Origin: Polymyxa betae A26-41
Taxonomy: Eukaryota > Protista > Endomyxa: Phytomyxea
Assembly: GCA_003693705.1 (NCBI GenBank)
Contig: RBZT01000106.1
Coordinates: 12,111 to 76,110, forward strand
Length of the DNA stretch: 64,000 nt
Direction of reading: 5' to 3'
Position 1 is the stretch's first letter. Every line of letters starts with the position of its first letter. This document shows positions 50,535 to 62,116 of the stretch, piece after piece. The notes beneath the pieces were generated by a model. That model was not told the origin of the DNA and ran no database searches. It saw nothing but the letters and a program-made list of their open reading frames with translations. Both the position numbers and the translations under genes were made by a program.

Positions 50535-52147
50535 ATGCGTCGAAGGTTTGAGGGGGCGCTACACCCGGCCCCATTATCATCGTCTAATGATGAGCTCGTT
50601 GCTCTACGTTTAGCGCACACAGATCTTCATGCCCGTCTGGAATCCGAACGTGCTGAGGCGTCACGAGCTGTGAGCGATGCGACCAGATCCGCCCGATCCG
50701 CCGAAGGAGAGCGTGATCAATCCCGTCTCAGATGTCAACAAATGTCCATAGAATTAGATCATAAAGATGATCAGCTACGTAGTGCATTAGATGCTACAAA
50801 AGCTCTACGAGCTGAATTACAGAGATGGAGAGCAGCTCATGAAGCAGCACGACGTCATACAGATCAATTAGAGGCGGATCTCGCTCATGCCAATACGAAT
50901 CTGATTCCATCATTGACCAACAACACCGAACAGCTCTCATCCAGCTTGAAATCGGCCGAAGCGCAAGCCCAGCACGCTCAGCGTATCGCCGACGAGATGC
51001 GCGCCGACCTGGCCCAGACCAAACAGGCGTTGGAGGTCGCCCTGGCACAGCACCGCGACCTGCAGGCCCGTGCTGATCGTGATCGTGCTGAACTCAATCG
51101 ACGTCGTGCTGATGATCAGGTCAAGGAGGCGTTATCACGAGCAGAACGAGCACAGACCGATGCAGAGAATCGAACATTAAAGGAACAAGTTGCAGATATG
51201 AAATCACGATGTAATACGCTGAATGATGAAATCGAAGAACTTCGTCGAGTTCAGAATGATCGCATCGAGTTCGAGGAGCAGCAACGTCTCGATCGGGATC
51301 GTCACGAGGCTCTCACACGAGAGATGGCTCAGATCCGTCATGATCTGGGACAGGCACGACAACGTTATACAGATTTAGAACGTGATCACGAGCAGCTACA
51401 GAAGGCGTATGATCGTCTGGAACGAGATCGTGATGATGCTCAACGTCGTGCTGCGGATGGCGAGCAGAGGCTGAAGGCCGCCAAGGATGCGAAGGCGACC
51501 TTGAAAACGGATCGATCACAGCTGGAGACGCAGCTGCATCGACTCGAGGTAACATCAACCGAGTAACGTTGGTTAATGTTACCATGGGTAACGTTACATA
51601 GGTGAATATGGGGTCAACATCTGGACGGATTCAGACATTAGAGGAGAGCCTGATAGCATCACAATCAGTGATGAAACAGTTAGAGAGAGATAATGAGGCG
51701 TTGAGGGAGACAAAGACCGCCTTAGAAGGCGATCTGGATCGATGTCGAGCTCAGGCTGCAGAGCTCGGGCGATTACAGACACAGGCTGAGACGGATCTGA
51801 AGGCATCCAGACAGAAACTGACCGATCTGCGCGATCTGATGAAGGATGTTCTAACGACATTGAAACCGATCAAGATCAAGAGACGCGCTGTGATCGATGC
51901 CCGCGAGATCCTCGTCGTCATTGAGGCCGATATACGGCGTCTGCAACGGGAATTACGGGCGGATCTCGGGCTCAGTAAACGACCAACGCATCGACAGCTA
52001 TTGGCGAACCAGCTCGAAGAGAAAGTACGACTCGCGCAACGCCTGCGCGCTCCGAACCGGATCGTGTCGCCGTCGTCGCCCACGACGAAGCCGCCCTCCA
52101 GAGAGGAGAAGATCCTCAACATTGTTCAGGCACTCAACGAGATTTAG
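50535..52147 (+). CDS. Coiled-coil protein (or C-terminal part of the 49318 gene)
   Basis: 343-aa and 181-aa heptad-rich frames joined by intron ~51549-51601. Confidence 0.8.
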
Positions 52148-52218
52148 AATGTTCTACCAAACGGGATCGCCAAGCTAGGGTTTTAGGGTTCTCTCAACCA
52201 TCAACAAAACGTCATGAT

Positions 52219-52863
52219 TTAATTGGGATGGAATTTCCGTCTCGAAAACTGGCCACGTTTATGTTGCCGATCAATACAATGAGATTCACGTCCATGATTA
52301 CGACATCGTTGACAAGGTCGATCTTGATCACATCTCAGCTTTTGTTGTCCACATGGTATACAGGCTATACGAGTATTATATCGATTATGAAGAGGTTGAC
52401 GATCGGCCCGTGTGATCTGATCAGGATTCGCATCAAGCATTGACGACAGATTCGGCGCGGATGGGATTGGTGACAGCTGAACGAGATCTCGTTGTGCTTG
52501 AATATATCGTAGATAGCAGATAGCAGCTGTATCAACCTGATGTATAGAAGATGGTTCACTCCCAATACTCCATACTGATGATCTACGACTTCCATCACCA
52601 TAACTTGTTATTACATGATTGAATGAATTCGGGTCTAGAATTGATGATATTGATGAACGTCTGCAATCCATGACGATCCCATTCTGTATAGAATATCTTG
52701 GACTTGCCAGAGGAACGACACCGCCTGAACCTTCTTGCATTGATGATCTACGTGAGGGATTCGCCTGGAAACCAACGAGAGCATTCAGTAACCTTCCGTC
52801 CATGATCACTACCGATTCATTGTCTGAAGGTGATAAGTTGCTTGGTGCCTGATTGGTCGACAT
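52219..52863 (-). CDS. Zn(II)2Cys6 binuclear-cluster transcription factor, domain at C-terminus
   Basis: ACIPCGQQKLRCDQDRPCQRCRNHGRESHC fits C-x2-C-x6-C-x5-C-x2-C-x8-C; repeated RRSS motifs upstream. Confidence 0.85.
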   Translation of the reverse strand: MSTNQAPSNLSPSDNESVVIMDGRLLNALVGFQANPSRRSSMQEGSGGVVPLASPRYSIQNGIVMDCRRSSISSILDPNSFNHVITSYGDGSRRSSVWSIGSEPSSIHQVDTAAICYLRYIQAQRDLVQLSPIPSAPNLSSMLDANPDQITRADRQPLHNRYNTRIACIPCGQQKLRCDQDRPCQRCRNHGRESHCIDRQHKRGQFSRRKFHPN

Positions 52864-53065
52864 CAACGAGATGCAAATGAGATCATCTTGGTCACAGCAG
52901 TGATCTGTATTCTCACAGTCATAAACCACAACACAACACAGATTTAGTTGAAGATCTTCAGGTCAGACAGTTAACAGTCGTCTCTATTCCATTCACTCCG
53001 AGCAACATATCAATAAGCAGGACCATGTACTTTAATTGAAAGATTTGAAGAACAACACTTTTAAT

Positions 53066-54852
53066 TTAGCGGACGGCCACGATATCATCAATCTTTAAGA
53101 GCATTCTGACACATTCGGTAGCAAGGCTGAGAGCACTGCTAGATACCAGCAATGGCTGAATAACATTCTCCTCTAATATATCAGTAATACATCCTTTTCG
53201 AACATTGATTCCGGCCGTAGCACACCCAGCTGCATGTCGTGCTTTCAACTCGGTCACGATCTCCATCGGGTTCAGACCGGCATTCTCTGCCAACGTGTAG
53301 GGAATGACCTCGAGGGCGTTGGCGAATTCACGAATACAGTATGATTCCAGACCCTCCAATGACTGAGCATGTTTGGCCAGCTTCATACTGACCTCAATCT
53401 CTGGAGCACCTCCACCAGCTATTATGTATCTGATTACATCAATTAGCACCAAATCACGATTCGACAAACCCACCCCCGAATACAATCAAAATCACAAAAA
53501 AAAACCCCTGAGATCAATAAACAGGAATGAGCAACAAACCGTTGTTTAACAAGGCATCGAACAACACATAAAGCATCGTGAACAGAGCGGTCGGCTTCTT
53601 CGAGCATGAGACGGTTGGAGCCACGAACCAGCACCGAGACAGTACGACCCGGGTTCTTAACGCCAGTGATCTTGACGAGTTTCCCATCGGGAGTGGAAAC
53701 CTGTTGTTGAGCAGATCAGAATGCAGTGATGGAGATCAGATCACGAGCATGGGCGACCTCTTCGGCCAGATCCGCATAGCCCATCTTCTCGGTCGTAAAG
53801 CTCTCGATGTTTGCGATCGGTTGCAGACCCAGAGTCTTGCTGGCGAATTCGACATCTTCCCGCTCGATATCGGTCACAACCATGATGCCTTTCTTCGCCA
53901 AGAAATGCAGCGACAGGTCATTAACAGCATCACGCAGGATCGATTTCTGAATCAGGAGAACGTTGCAGCCGGATTTCACGATCACCTTCACCAGGTTCAG
54001 AATGTATTTTCGTTCTTCGCGCAGAATTCGATCCATCTGTTGATAATCAGATACGAGAACCGAGTTCTCCATATCCGTCTTGGGCGCCGATAAACAGAAC
54101 TGAATCAGGGCGATGTTGGCGGACGCGATCCTGGTCGGACCTCCCGCAGCATGGCTGACATGCTGCGGGAATACCAGCCCATGGATCAGCTCGGTATCGT
54201 CGACGGTCCCGCCGAGCTTCTGTACGACTTTGATGTCGCGTAGGTCGACGTTCTCGGCCGTGGCCGGGTCGATGGCAGCGAAGACGGCGTCGACGGCGAG
54301 CGGCGCCAGCGTCGCCGAATGTGCTGAGACGACCTTGGAGTTAAGACTGGTGGTGGCAGCTCGAACGAGAGCATCACGATCGGAGAGATCGACCCGGGTC
54401 GACATGTTCTTCAGGATCTCCTGCGATAGGTTGACGGCCGTCCCGAAGGCGTTGCTGATAATGGATGGATGAATTCCCTTCTCCATTAACACCTGGGCGG
54501 CGTGTAATAACCCGCCCGCGATCACCGTCACCGACGTCGTGCCATCGCCGGCCTCGACGTCCTGCGATTTGGAGACATCGACGAGCATTCGGGCGGCAGG
54601 ATGCGATACTTCGAGCTTGGCGAGAATCGTGGCGCCATCGTTGGTGATGACGACTTCACCGCTCGACGATGTGATCATTTTATCCATGCCTCGAGGACCC
54701 AGCGACGTCCGGACGCAGTCGGCGACGGCCTTGGCGGCGATCATGTTCGAGGAGCGGACGTCGCGTCCCTTCTCCCCGCCTTTGAAAGCGTCGCCAGCGG
54801 CATTGGCGTTCTGTGCGCCCGGGGCGGCGGCGGTGGTGGTCTCAGCTGCCAT
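53066..54852 (-). CDS. CCT4: T-complex protein 1 subunit delta
   Basis: [74 protein letters not shown]. Confidence 0.97.
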
Positions 54853-55123
54853 TAGTAGTGTAGAGAGAGAGAGAGCGACTAATAATGATGAGAGCGATGG
54901 TGCGTCACCAAGCAGTGCGTTATAACGCCGTCACGCAGAACCCACAACCTGCCTCTCTTTCTTACAGATATTCCATAAACATAGACAGACATTTGGGATT
55001 ACGAAACCCAGCAAGCGAACTTGATCGGATTTTTGGGTTTGGATAATTTTGGTGTTGGAAATCAATTCGATACTGGACCAAAAGCAAGGAGCCATTCGTG
55101 TTTATTATTGCTGCGCAGATTTA

Positions 55124-55498
55124 GATGAAACACGGGAGTAAACAAGGCGAAAATGCTGGCAATCCACAAACTCACGATATAGGTTCGGATGTCATGAAGC
55201 CTGAAATGATTTGCAGAGAGCTGGAAACTCAACGATTTATCGGATTGAAAACGCTGGGTAAAAAATCTGAAGAAGAATAGCCTGTGCATTACCTATCGTT
55301 GCTTCTGAGTACTTGAGAACAGGGTACGATGATTTGTGCAGATTCTCAGAAGGTAAAGCTCCTTCAGAAGAATGTTCTAGTTTCGGGACTGCCAACAAAG
55401 ATCCTGATAGCCTGCCAAGCACTAAACCCTCATATGATGGCAGCCCCTCCAACACAGCTGTAGTCTATGGCTATTGGTCCGAGCTCAGTCGAATCTGA
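55124..55498 (+). CDS. Possible small three-exon gene
   Basis: Spliced reading MKHGSK...HDI|ELETQRFIGLKTL|GYDDLCRFSEGK...SRI* using short GT-AG introns; no recognisable domain. Confidence 0.3.
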
Positions 55499-55726
55499 CC
55501 AATGTGGAATCCATAGCCAACTGGCATGGCTATGGATTCCCCGAATCATGATTCTCTGCGCCGGAACGCCGGGGGTGGTACTGACCCGTCTCGGTCTCTC
55601 TTTTTATCTCCGCTCCTGTTACCATAAAACAAAGTCGGCCGGCAAAATCCAAACAGAGAGAAAGAACTTGAGCCAAGCAAAGCGCAGCAGCCCTCTCTAC
55701 AGTTGCATTCTCCCCTTCTGCTGAGA

Positions 55727-56761
55727 ATGCGCTCTGTCACTCTGACGTCGTATGAGACGTCGCCTGCGCTTCCTGCCCGACGGCAATTGCATCTGAGGTC
55801 GCGGGCTGGGCACGGCAACGACCACGAGGTGATGCGGGACGTCGCATGGCGTCGTAGCCTGAATGACAGGAGCGCGAAGAACGGAATCAAGGAGGCAGAT
55901 GCCGAACCGAACGACCAGCTGGCCGAGATTGCTGCAAGGCTGCCTGGAAGCAAACCTTGCTACCGATTATTTATGATGTTGCCTGCTGTTTTCACTGTTA
56001 CATTGGTTATGGCGATTGTACAAATTGTCGGTGACTCCGACTACTTCGAGCGGCTGCAGGGGGGAGAATCGCGCCCGCTTTATGATCTTGGTCATGTCTT
56101 GCTGCCAGATTTAAACGATGAATCCAAACTGATTGCTGAGATTCCGCTATTCGTCATGCTGGCATTAACGATTGCTATTTCGTTCCTAATCGAGTCGAAT
56201 GATCGCACCCGGTTGCTAAGGAGATTCACTCTCCTACAGTCCACTCTGTACCTGTTTCGAACGTTGTCATTGCTGGGCACTCGATTACCGCCTTCCGATC
56301 CGACTTGTACTTTACGACGCTACGAAGGAATGTCAGTAATAATCGCTGCCGTTCGGATCGTGCTGCTTCTAGACTCGGCGTGCACCGATATGATTTTTAG
56401 TGGTCATACCGCGGCAGCTACTTCGATGCTAGCTGTGTGGATCTTCCATGATCGTGTGCATCCGTATCTTAGGGTTCTCGGTGCTATCAATCTCTTTGTT
56501 TGCGGATTCGGTTTCGTCGCTTCAAGACTGCATTATACTGTCGACGTTGTTGTGGCATTCATCATAGCGGCATTGTTAGCATGTCTGTATTCGAACTTGC
56601 ATCAATTGGTTAAACTTCAATTTCCTATTATCAAAAAATCTACTCCGGTTTACGCCAAGGTCATTCACTGGATTGAAGGGTATGATCTGTCCGACATTAC
56701 AACTCGCAAGATCAAGACTAAGCGGAAGTGTGTCGATTTGAATACACCGCATGAATCGTGA
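55727..56761 (+). CDS. Sphingomyelin/IPC synthase family (PAP2_C) protein
   Basis: PLYDLGHVLLP, YLFRTL..TRLP, CTDMIFSGHT, SRLHYTVDVVVA; six hydrophobic segments. Confidence 0.92.
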   Translation: MRSVTLTSYETSPALPARRQLHLRSRAGHGNDHEVMRDVAWRRSLNDRSAKNGIKEADAEPNDQLAEIAARLPGSKPCYRLFMMLPAVFTVTLVMAIVQIVGDSDYFERLQGGESRPLYDLGHVLLPDLNDESKLIAEIPLFVMLALTIAISFLIESNDRTRLLRRFTLLQSTLYLFRTLSLLGTRLPPSDPTCTLRRYEGMSVIIAAVRIVLLLDSACTDMIFSGHTAAATSMLAVWIFHDRVHPYLRVLGAINLFVCGFGFVASRLHYTVDVVVAFIIAALLACLYSNLHQLVKLQFPIIKKSTPVYAKVIHWIEGYDLSDITTRKIKTKRKCVDLNTPHES

Positions 56762-56987
56762 TCACAATTGCTCTCGTTTCCTCTCAGCTTCTAATGTTTT
56801 TCAAAATTCAAACATTTTAATGCGCTTATTTGGATTTATTTTACCGAAGGCTTATACCGAAAGATTGTATTATCACGAGTTATTCAGTCTTGTTATCACG
56901 CATTCAATATGGTTGGTTATATTTACATTATACAATTATTAGTCTAATTTGCAGCAAAACTTGCGAACTCTTCAATTATCGCTACAA

Positions 56988-58513
56988 TCAATTTCCTGAA
57001 TTATCAGTGGGATGAACAGGAATATTGATTCCAAAAAAAACGTATCTGCCAGATTCCCGATTGAATCCGTAATCTTGTTCAGGCTGTTTTGAGACAATAT
57101 AGAACGAGTTCTCTCGCAAAACTTTCTCGAACTTGTCTCGATCCTTACGCTGTATAGGTTCTACAGCGTGATGATTAACAACGTTTTGGACAGCATCCTG
57201 AACTGAACGTTTAATAGGTTCTGAAACATGATGGTTGGCGATGTTCTGAACATTATTAGCTATCTGATTGTAAACCGAAAAGAGAGATCCGGCATTTTCT
57301 CCAGGACAATGCCAAGCACCGTTTGTGAAAAGTTTTGGAACAGTACAGGCACCTTCCTGATCGCGACAGAACCCATTCGCACTTGGTAGACCTTCTCCTT
57401 GACATGTGCAGCGATAAAGAGTTTTATCCCAGGATCCGAAAATACATCCAGCAGAAGGCGGTGTAGGCCCCCTTGGCTTGCGAGGGCAGGATTTACTCTT
57501 AGTCATTTGTCGGCGATATTCTCCTGCAGAGACAGGGTTCTGCATCCACTGAATTAACTGCCAGTTCGTCACAACCCAAACATCGTCGCCCATAGCCAAA
57601 GCATCAGAAAGAAAACGTCGAACAGCTTCTAGATTATGGTTCAGCCATCCGGAATGGCAGAAGATCCCTAGAGGTGCTCTGTTGCCATAATACTTCTTGC
57701 GAAATTCCCTCATGTACTGGGTGTAAACGTCACCTGTGATGTCCATGGAAGTAGCCCTGGGAAGTGTCCACAACGGAACAGACCACATACCGGGATATGA
57801 TTCACTGGAACATTAAGCTCAATCACAACTTCGTGAACAATCTGGTAATTACCTCGGGTCGCATGTTCCAGTTCCTTTGGCGCAGTCGATAGCGACGCCA
57901 TGATCGAGCGAATAGGGGAATAACTGGTTGTCACCAGGCTGCTCAGTGATTGAAGCATCATATCGCAACCCTAACTTGTAGAGATTCTGGCGCTGAGCGA
58001 CATCATGGTCCAGAAAAGGAGCCCGGAAGCCTCGAATCTCTTCAATTGGAATGCCAGCATTTTCATTCATCCATTGGACAGCGCCCCAGATCTCGGCTTG
58101 GTCGGGGTAATGGCGGTGGTTGACGGTATGATCGGCGATCTCATGATTGGACATAAACAAATGTTGAATGAGATAGTCTTGCGATTCCTGAATCGACACA
58201 TAGAAAGTCGCTGGCAAATCGCAACCGTTCGGGTTCTTGAAGTCTTTCAGCGCTGAGAACGTGCTAGTTATGTTTTAGGAAGGATCTGTTCAGACAACAC
58301 ATTACCATTTGTAACAGTACTAGCTGAAAACGAAGTTACAGCATCGTCGTGCGTTAGCAGAATGAACTGGGGCGGATCCGGAACAGGTGATCGGCTGGAG
58401 GCGCAGCGGCACTCGCCGGTACATGTTTCCGGGCAGGCATACCAGCTTGCCAGTTGCCCATACGCATGGCAAGCGATCAACGCCCAGACGACGAGCTTCA
58501 CGGCTGACAGCAT
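56988..58513 (-). CDS. Secreted polysaccharide (chitin) deacetylase, CE4 CDA-like
   Basis: Signal peptide; PPQFILLTHDDAV, NPNGC..ATFYVS, HEIADHTVNH, GFRAPFL, YDASI, FPYSLD, GNRAPLGIFCH, DVWVVT..QLIQWMQNP. Confidence 0.92.
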
Positions 58514-58767
58514 GGTGATAGAAGAATGAAGTGTGGAACATCGACGAGGTAGGCGGCGTGAAGGACTGCAACACTGGCTCTAGAAACATCAATACGACAG
58601 TTGCAAGACCACTTGGTACCGCCGACAGATATTACGTGACTGAATTCCGAGGCTGCCCAGTGCACAGTTCACAGTCCAGAGAGTTCCATCAGCCCCTGCA
58701 GCTCTACGTGCCCCCCCGGCCCCATGGTCGCCTTCGCCCGTTCAGTTTATTCATTCTGTAGGGCGAT

Positions 58768-59929
58768 TCAGCTGATCTCTATATCGGCATCGGCGTTCAT
58801 GTTTTCTTTATATTCGCCTCGGTCTGCCGTCGTTGGACCAACCCATTTAACGACCAGAACCGAATCGAAGACCATTTGCATTAGGTGGCCGATGATGACA
58901 GGAATTGAATAGAGATTGGAGATGCTGCTTGGAGGCAGCGATGCGATGACAGCGAATGAGACGGTTAAGGTCTTCTGCGAGCACATAATGACGATCGCTT
59001 TCCGGATATCAGTCGAGATGGGCAGCGGCCAGCATACAGTCGCGTGGAATACAATGAAAACGACATGCATGAATAAAGCCAACGATGCGGTAAGAACATG
59101 TTGCACGATGCTGATATGATTGAAACTAAAGAATCGTAAACATTTGCAAAACATTGACAAGATCAGTATTCAGACCTTTCGACCGAAGCCGACATCTTCA
59201 TCCATGGTATGACGATCAGAAGGAATATCGACGTTAATTTCAGGGCGTCCTTGTACTCAGTTGCAAACACCCTAACAGGGCGAGCATTGCGAAGCAGTTT
59301 CCCGACAACCGATGGTGCAAGAACTGTATACAGCAGCCCAATGAGAATACCGACTGGGTCCAGATCCGCTGATGACGAATTCCCCATTACGAATGTAGGC
59401 AACATGAAGGGAATTGTAAATACCTGCAGGCCGTTGATACTAATAAGAGAAAACCTTCAGAATGCTCTTACACAAAGAATATTTGTAGCAACAGTTAGGA
59501 ACAGAGACAACGGGATGTTCCCATTACACTGAGAAACAAGAACGACACCAGAACTGACAGTAGTTGGTGACAGAGCGAATACTCCCAGGCCGACTTTCAC
59601 AAAAGTATCCAGAGGCAAATAACGGTAAACGAACGCGAATAGAGGCGTGATGAACAGGATCGAAATGGTGCCGAAAAGCGCAGGTGGCCACAGCGCCACA
59701 ATACTCCTCCATGATTCGGTATGAAGCTCCAATCCGGATATTAGGAACAACAATACAATCTATTCACATTGAGTGAAATTAAAAACAAAAAGAAGAAGAA
59801 ACGTACACAAATGGTTTGGGTCGGGGTTTCATTCAAGTAGCGGCCAGGCGTTGGCCATGCCCATCCCAATATTAGGGCCACGATTAGGCCAACAGGCATG
59901 ATCCATTTTCTCCATGTCGTCCTGATCAT
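58768..59929 (-). CDS. Sodium/bile-acid symporter family transporter (BASS4/SLC10A7-like)
   Basis: LFLISGL.L, PTTVSSGVVL, GNIPLSLFLTVATN, VLAPSVVGK, PWMKMS, CSQKTL, GHLMQMVFDS. Confidence 0.9.
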
Positions 59930-60006
59930 AGGATTTGTCACTTTCGGCCGGAGATTGAAAATTTGAATGACGCACTACCAGTTCTATTCAATGATGTCGC
60001 TGATGT

Positions 60007-60056
60007 AAACCCTAGCAGCAGCGTAGCAAACCCTCGGCAGAGTCGTCAAACCCTAG
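60007..60056 (+). promoter_or_regulatory. Three phased AAACCCT (telo-box-like) motifs in a divergent promoter
   Basis: aaaccctag (60007), aaaccctcg (60028), aaaccctag (60048). Confidence 0.55.
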
Positions 60057-60425
60057 GCTCATGCCACCATCAACCATATTAAAATATGAACTCCATTAAG
60101 GCTGTTTTTGTCGCTCATCGATTCTAATGATGGCCGTAGTAGCCTGCTGCAGGCAGCCTAATAACACTAGGTCTGTTGTGTGTAGCTGACGATCGCAGGC
60201 ATCTGGCTTTGGCATTCGGTTGGCATTGGACTACCTGTCTTCTACAGTGAACTTGTGAATGCTGATATTCCCTTAATATGACTGTCATGAAACTGTCAAA
60301 TGGAGTGACCATTCAAACACTGAAGGCGAATGGTGAACGCCTTGACTCGCTGCTAGTTCAGTGACTCGTTAAAGTCGGGTCTATTGATTACGATCTAATC
60401 TGTGACATGGCCTCATTCGCGAAAA

Positions 60426-61037
60426 ATGTCGAATCAAAGATCGCTATCATTGTCGAATGGCCAAACACTGCGACCTGTTTTCATAAAGCCCATCGCACCG
60501 TCGCCATCGAGACCGGATCATCTATCACACTTCTTTCCTGCTGTCAAAAACTTCAATCCGTATCCGATGCGCAGAACCACAAGTTTGATATCAGGCACTA
60601 AGGAAATCAGAGCAGCATATGCAGCGACAGTATGGCCATTCGAAATTTGCAGGCAAAATGTGAACGAATTAGAGATATCGAAATCCGCAACGACAGCAGC
60701 AACCGACCATATTGCTTACCAAGCAAGTGATCAAGCTATGATGACAATGCAACGAATTCGGAAAGAGCGAGCTATCGAGCTTGCTCGACTCGAAACCAAA
60801 CTTCATGAAATCAAGAGCCAATTGCAGAAGCAGAATTCAATGGGATGTACATCTACATGGGCAGATTATCCTCTGAGCCGGGGCACGAACGATCAGCCAG
60901 CTTCGGGGATGTCTGGCGGTTTTATTTGCATTCAGGCACATGACGATTTAGCAGCAAGCCCTGATCAAACCCAGTTTGAACCCGAAATATCCCCAGCCAA
61001 TGCAAATCCTGAATTCCTTTGTAAAGCGATCCACTGA
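60426..61037 (+). CDS. Hypothetical protein with a short coiled coil
   Basis: ~203-aa ORF; RIRKERAIELARLETKLHEIKSQLQKQ. Confidence 0.6.
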   Translation: MSNQRSLSLSNGQTLRPVFIKPIAPSPSRPDHLSHFFPAVKNFNPYPMRRTTSLISGTKEIRAAYAATVWPFEICRQNVNELEISKSATTAATDHIAYQASDQAMMTMQRIRKERAIELARLETKLHEIKSQLQKQNSMGCTSTWADYPLSRGTNDQPASGMSGGFICIQAHDDLAASPDQTQFEPEISPANANPEFLCKAIH

Positions 61038-61273
61038 TGTAATTTTGAATACACCAACAAATGAGAAACATATTGGCATGGGATTGCACCCAAATCAGAC
61101 ATCGTCATGAGTGTTCAAAGTTGATACTAACAGTTTTAAAGGGATCATAGGTAAAATCTTTTAGTACGTCATCTCGACAGGATCGAGATCGAAACAACGC
61201 GGTGGATCGTTCTGAGAATGATTAAAGTTGTGTCCAGAGCACACGACCAATATCAAGCTAATCTACTCTAGAT

Positions 61274-62116
61274 ATGGGCGTCCAATCAAAGCCGTCCTGG
61301 ATGCTTACTCCGGCTCTGAAAGGTCGATTGATTCGCGATTCATGTCTCAAGCTCAAAGACGTCACTCATCGTCCTGGCATCATTAAGATCCTAGACCAAA
61401 CTGAAGCTCTGATTCCCGAGACTTTTGAAATTATTGATGAATCCGTATCTGGTGGATACCTTCGACTCTTGCGACGTGATTCAGAAGACAGCTTTATAAT
61501 CCTGCTGTTCAGCGTTGCGTTTGCAATATGCCTCAGTTGCGCTCAAGCGTTTCTGAAATCATTGTTTGTTCTAGTGGAACTTGGGAAGCAACAGGAATCA
61601 GCCACTCAGGACGGCGAGCCATGTCGTCTTTCAATATCCGAGCACATTAACGCTGTGATCAGGTTCCTGACAAATCGTCTCCACGCCGTAATTCAGCTTC
61701 TCACTGATATCGCTAACGAAATTCATCGGATACTTGATCGAAATGATGATGGCCGTATCGGAATGGGCGATTTAATGCAGCTCTCAGTTATTGCTGTAAG
61801 ATATCTTGGGAAATTTATCATGTTCTTGGCATCGACTATTTGGTTTTACGTATTGATTATAATACGAAACTTTGTCGATGTTTGCATGCCACCGACACCA
61901 GCCCCCATGAAACCAGACGCTCTTTTCCATCAAAACTCTCCAAAGACAATTGCTGAAGAGAAACTCGAGAAATTCGAACGAACCCAACCAGAGCCAATTA
62001 CGATTAGTGCCATTGCAAAGCTTGTCTACAAACGCCTAGCATCGCGCGGAGGTCCTCGCTTCCAACGAGCAGTTTCATGGATCGAGGTCGTCTGCGGTTG
62101 GCTGTGGCGAGCCTGA
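61274..62116 (+). CDS. Hypothetical membrane protein with one EF-hand-like loop
   Basis: 280-aa ORF; DRNDDGRIGMGD lies between two hydrophobic segments. Confidence 0.7.
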   Translation: MGVQSKPSWMLTPALKGRLIRDSCLKLKDVTHRPGIIKILDQTEALIPETFEIIDESVSGGYLRLLRRDSEDSFIILLFSVAFAICLSCAQAFLKSLFVLVELGKQQESATQDGEPCRLSISEHINAVIRFLTNRLHAVIQLLTDIANEIHRILDRNDDGRIGMGDLMQLSVIAVRYLGKFIMFLASTIWFYVLIIIRNFVDVCMPPTPAPMKPDALFHQNSPKTIAEEKLEKFERTQPEPITISAIAKLVYKRLASRGGPRFQRAVSWIEVVCGWLWRA

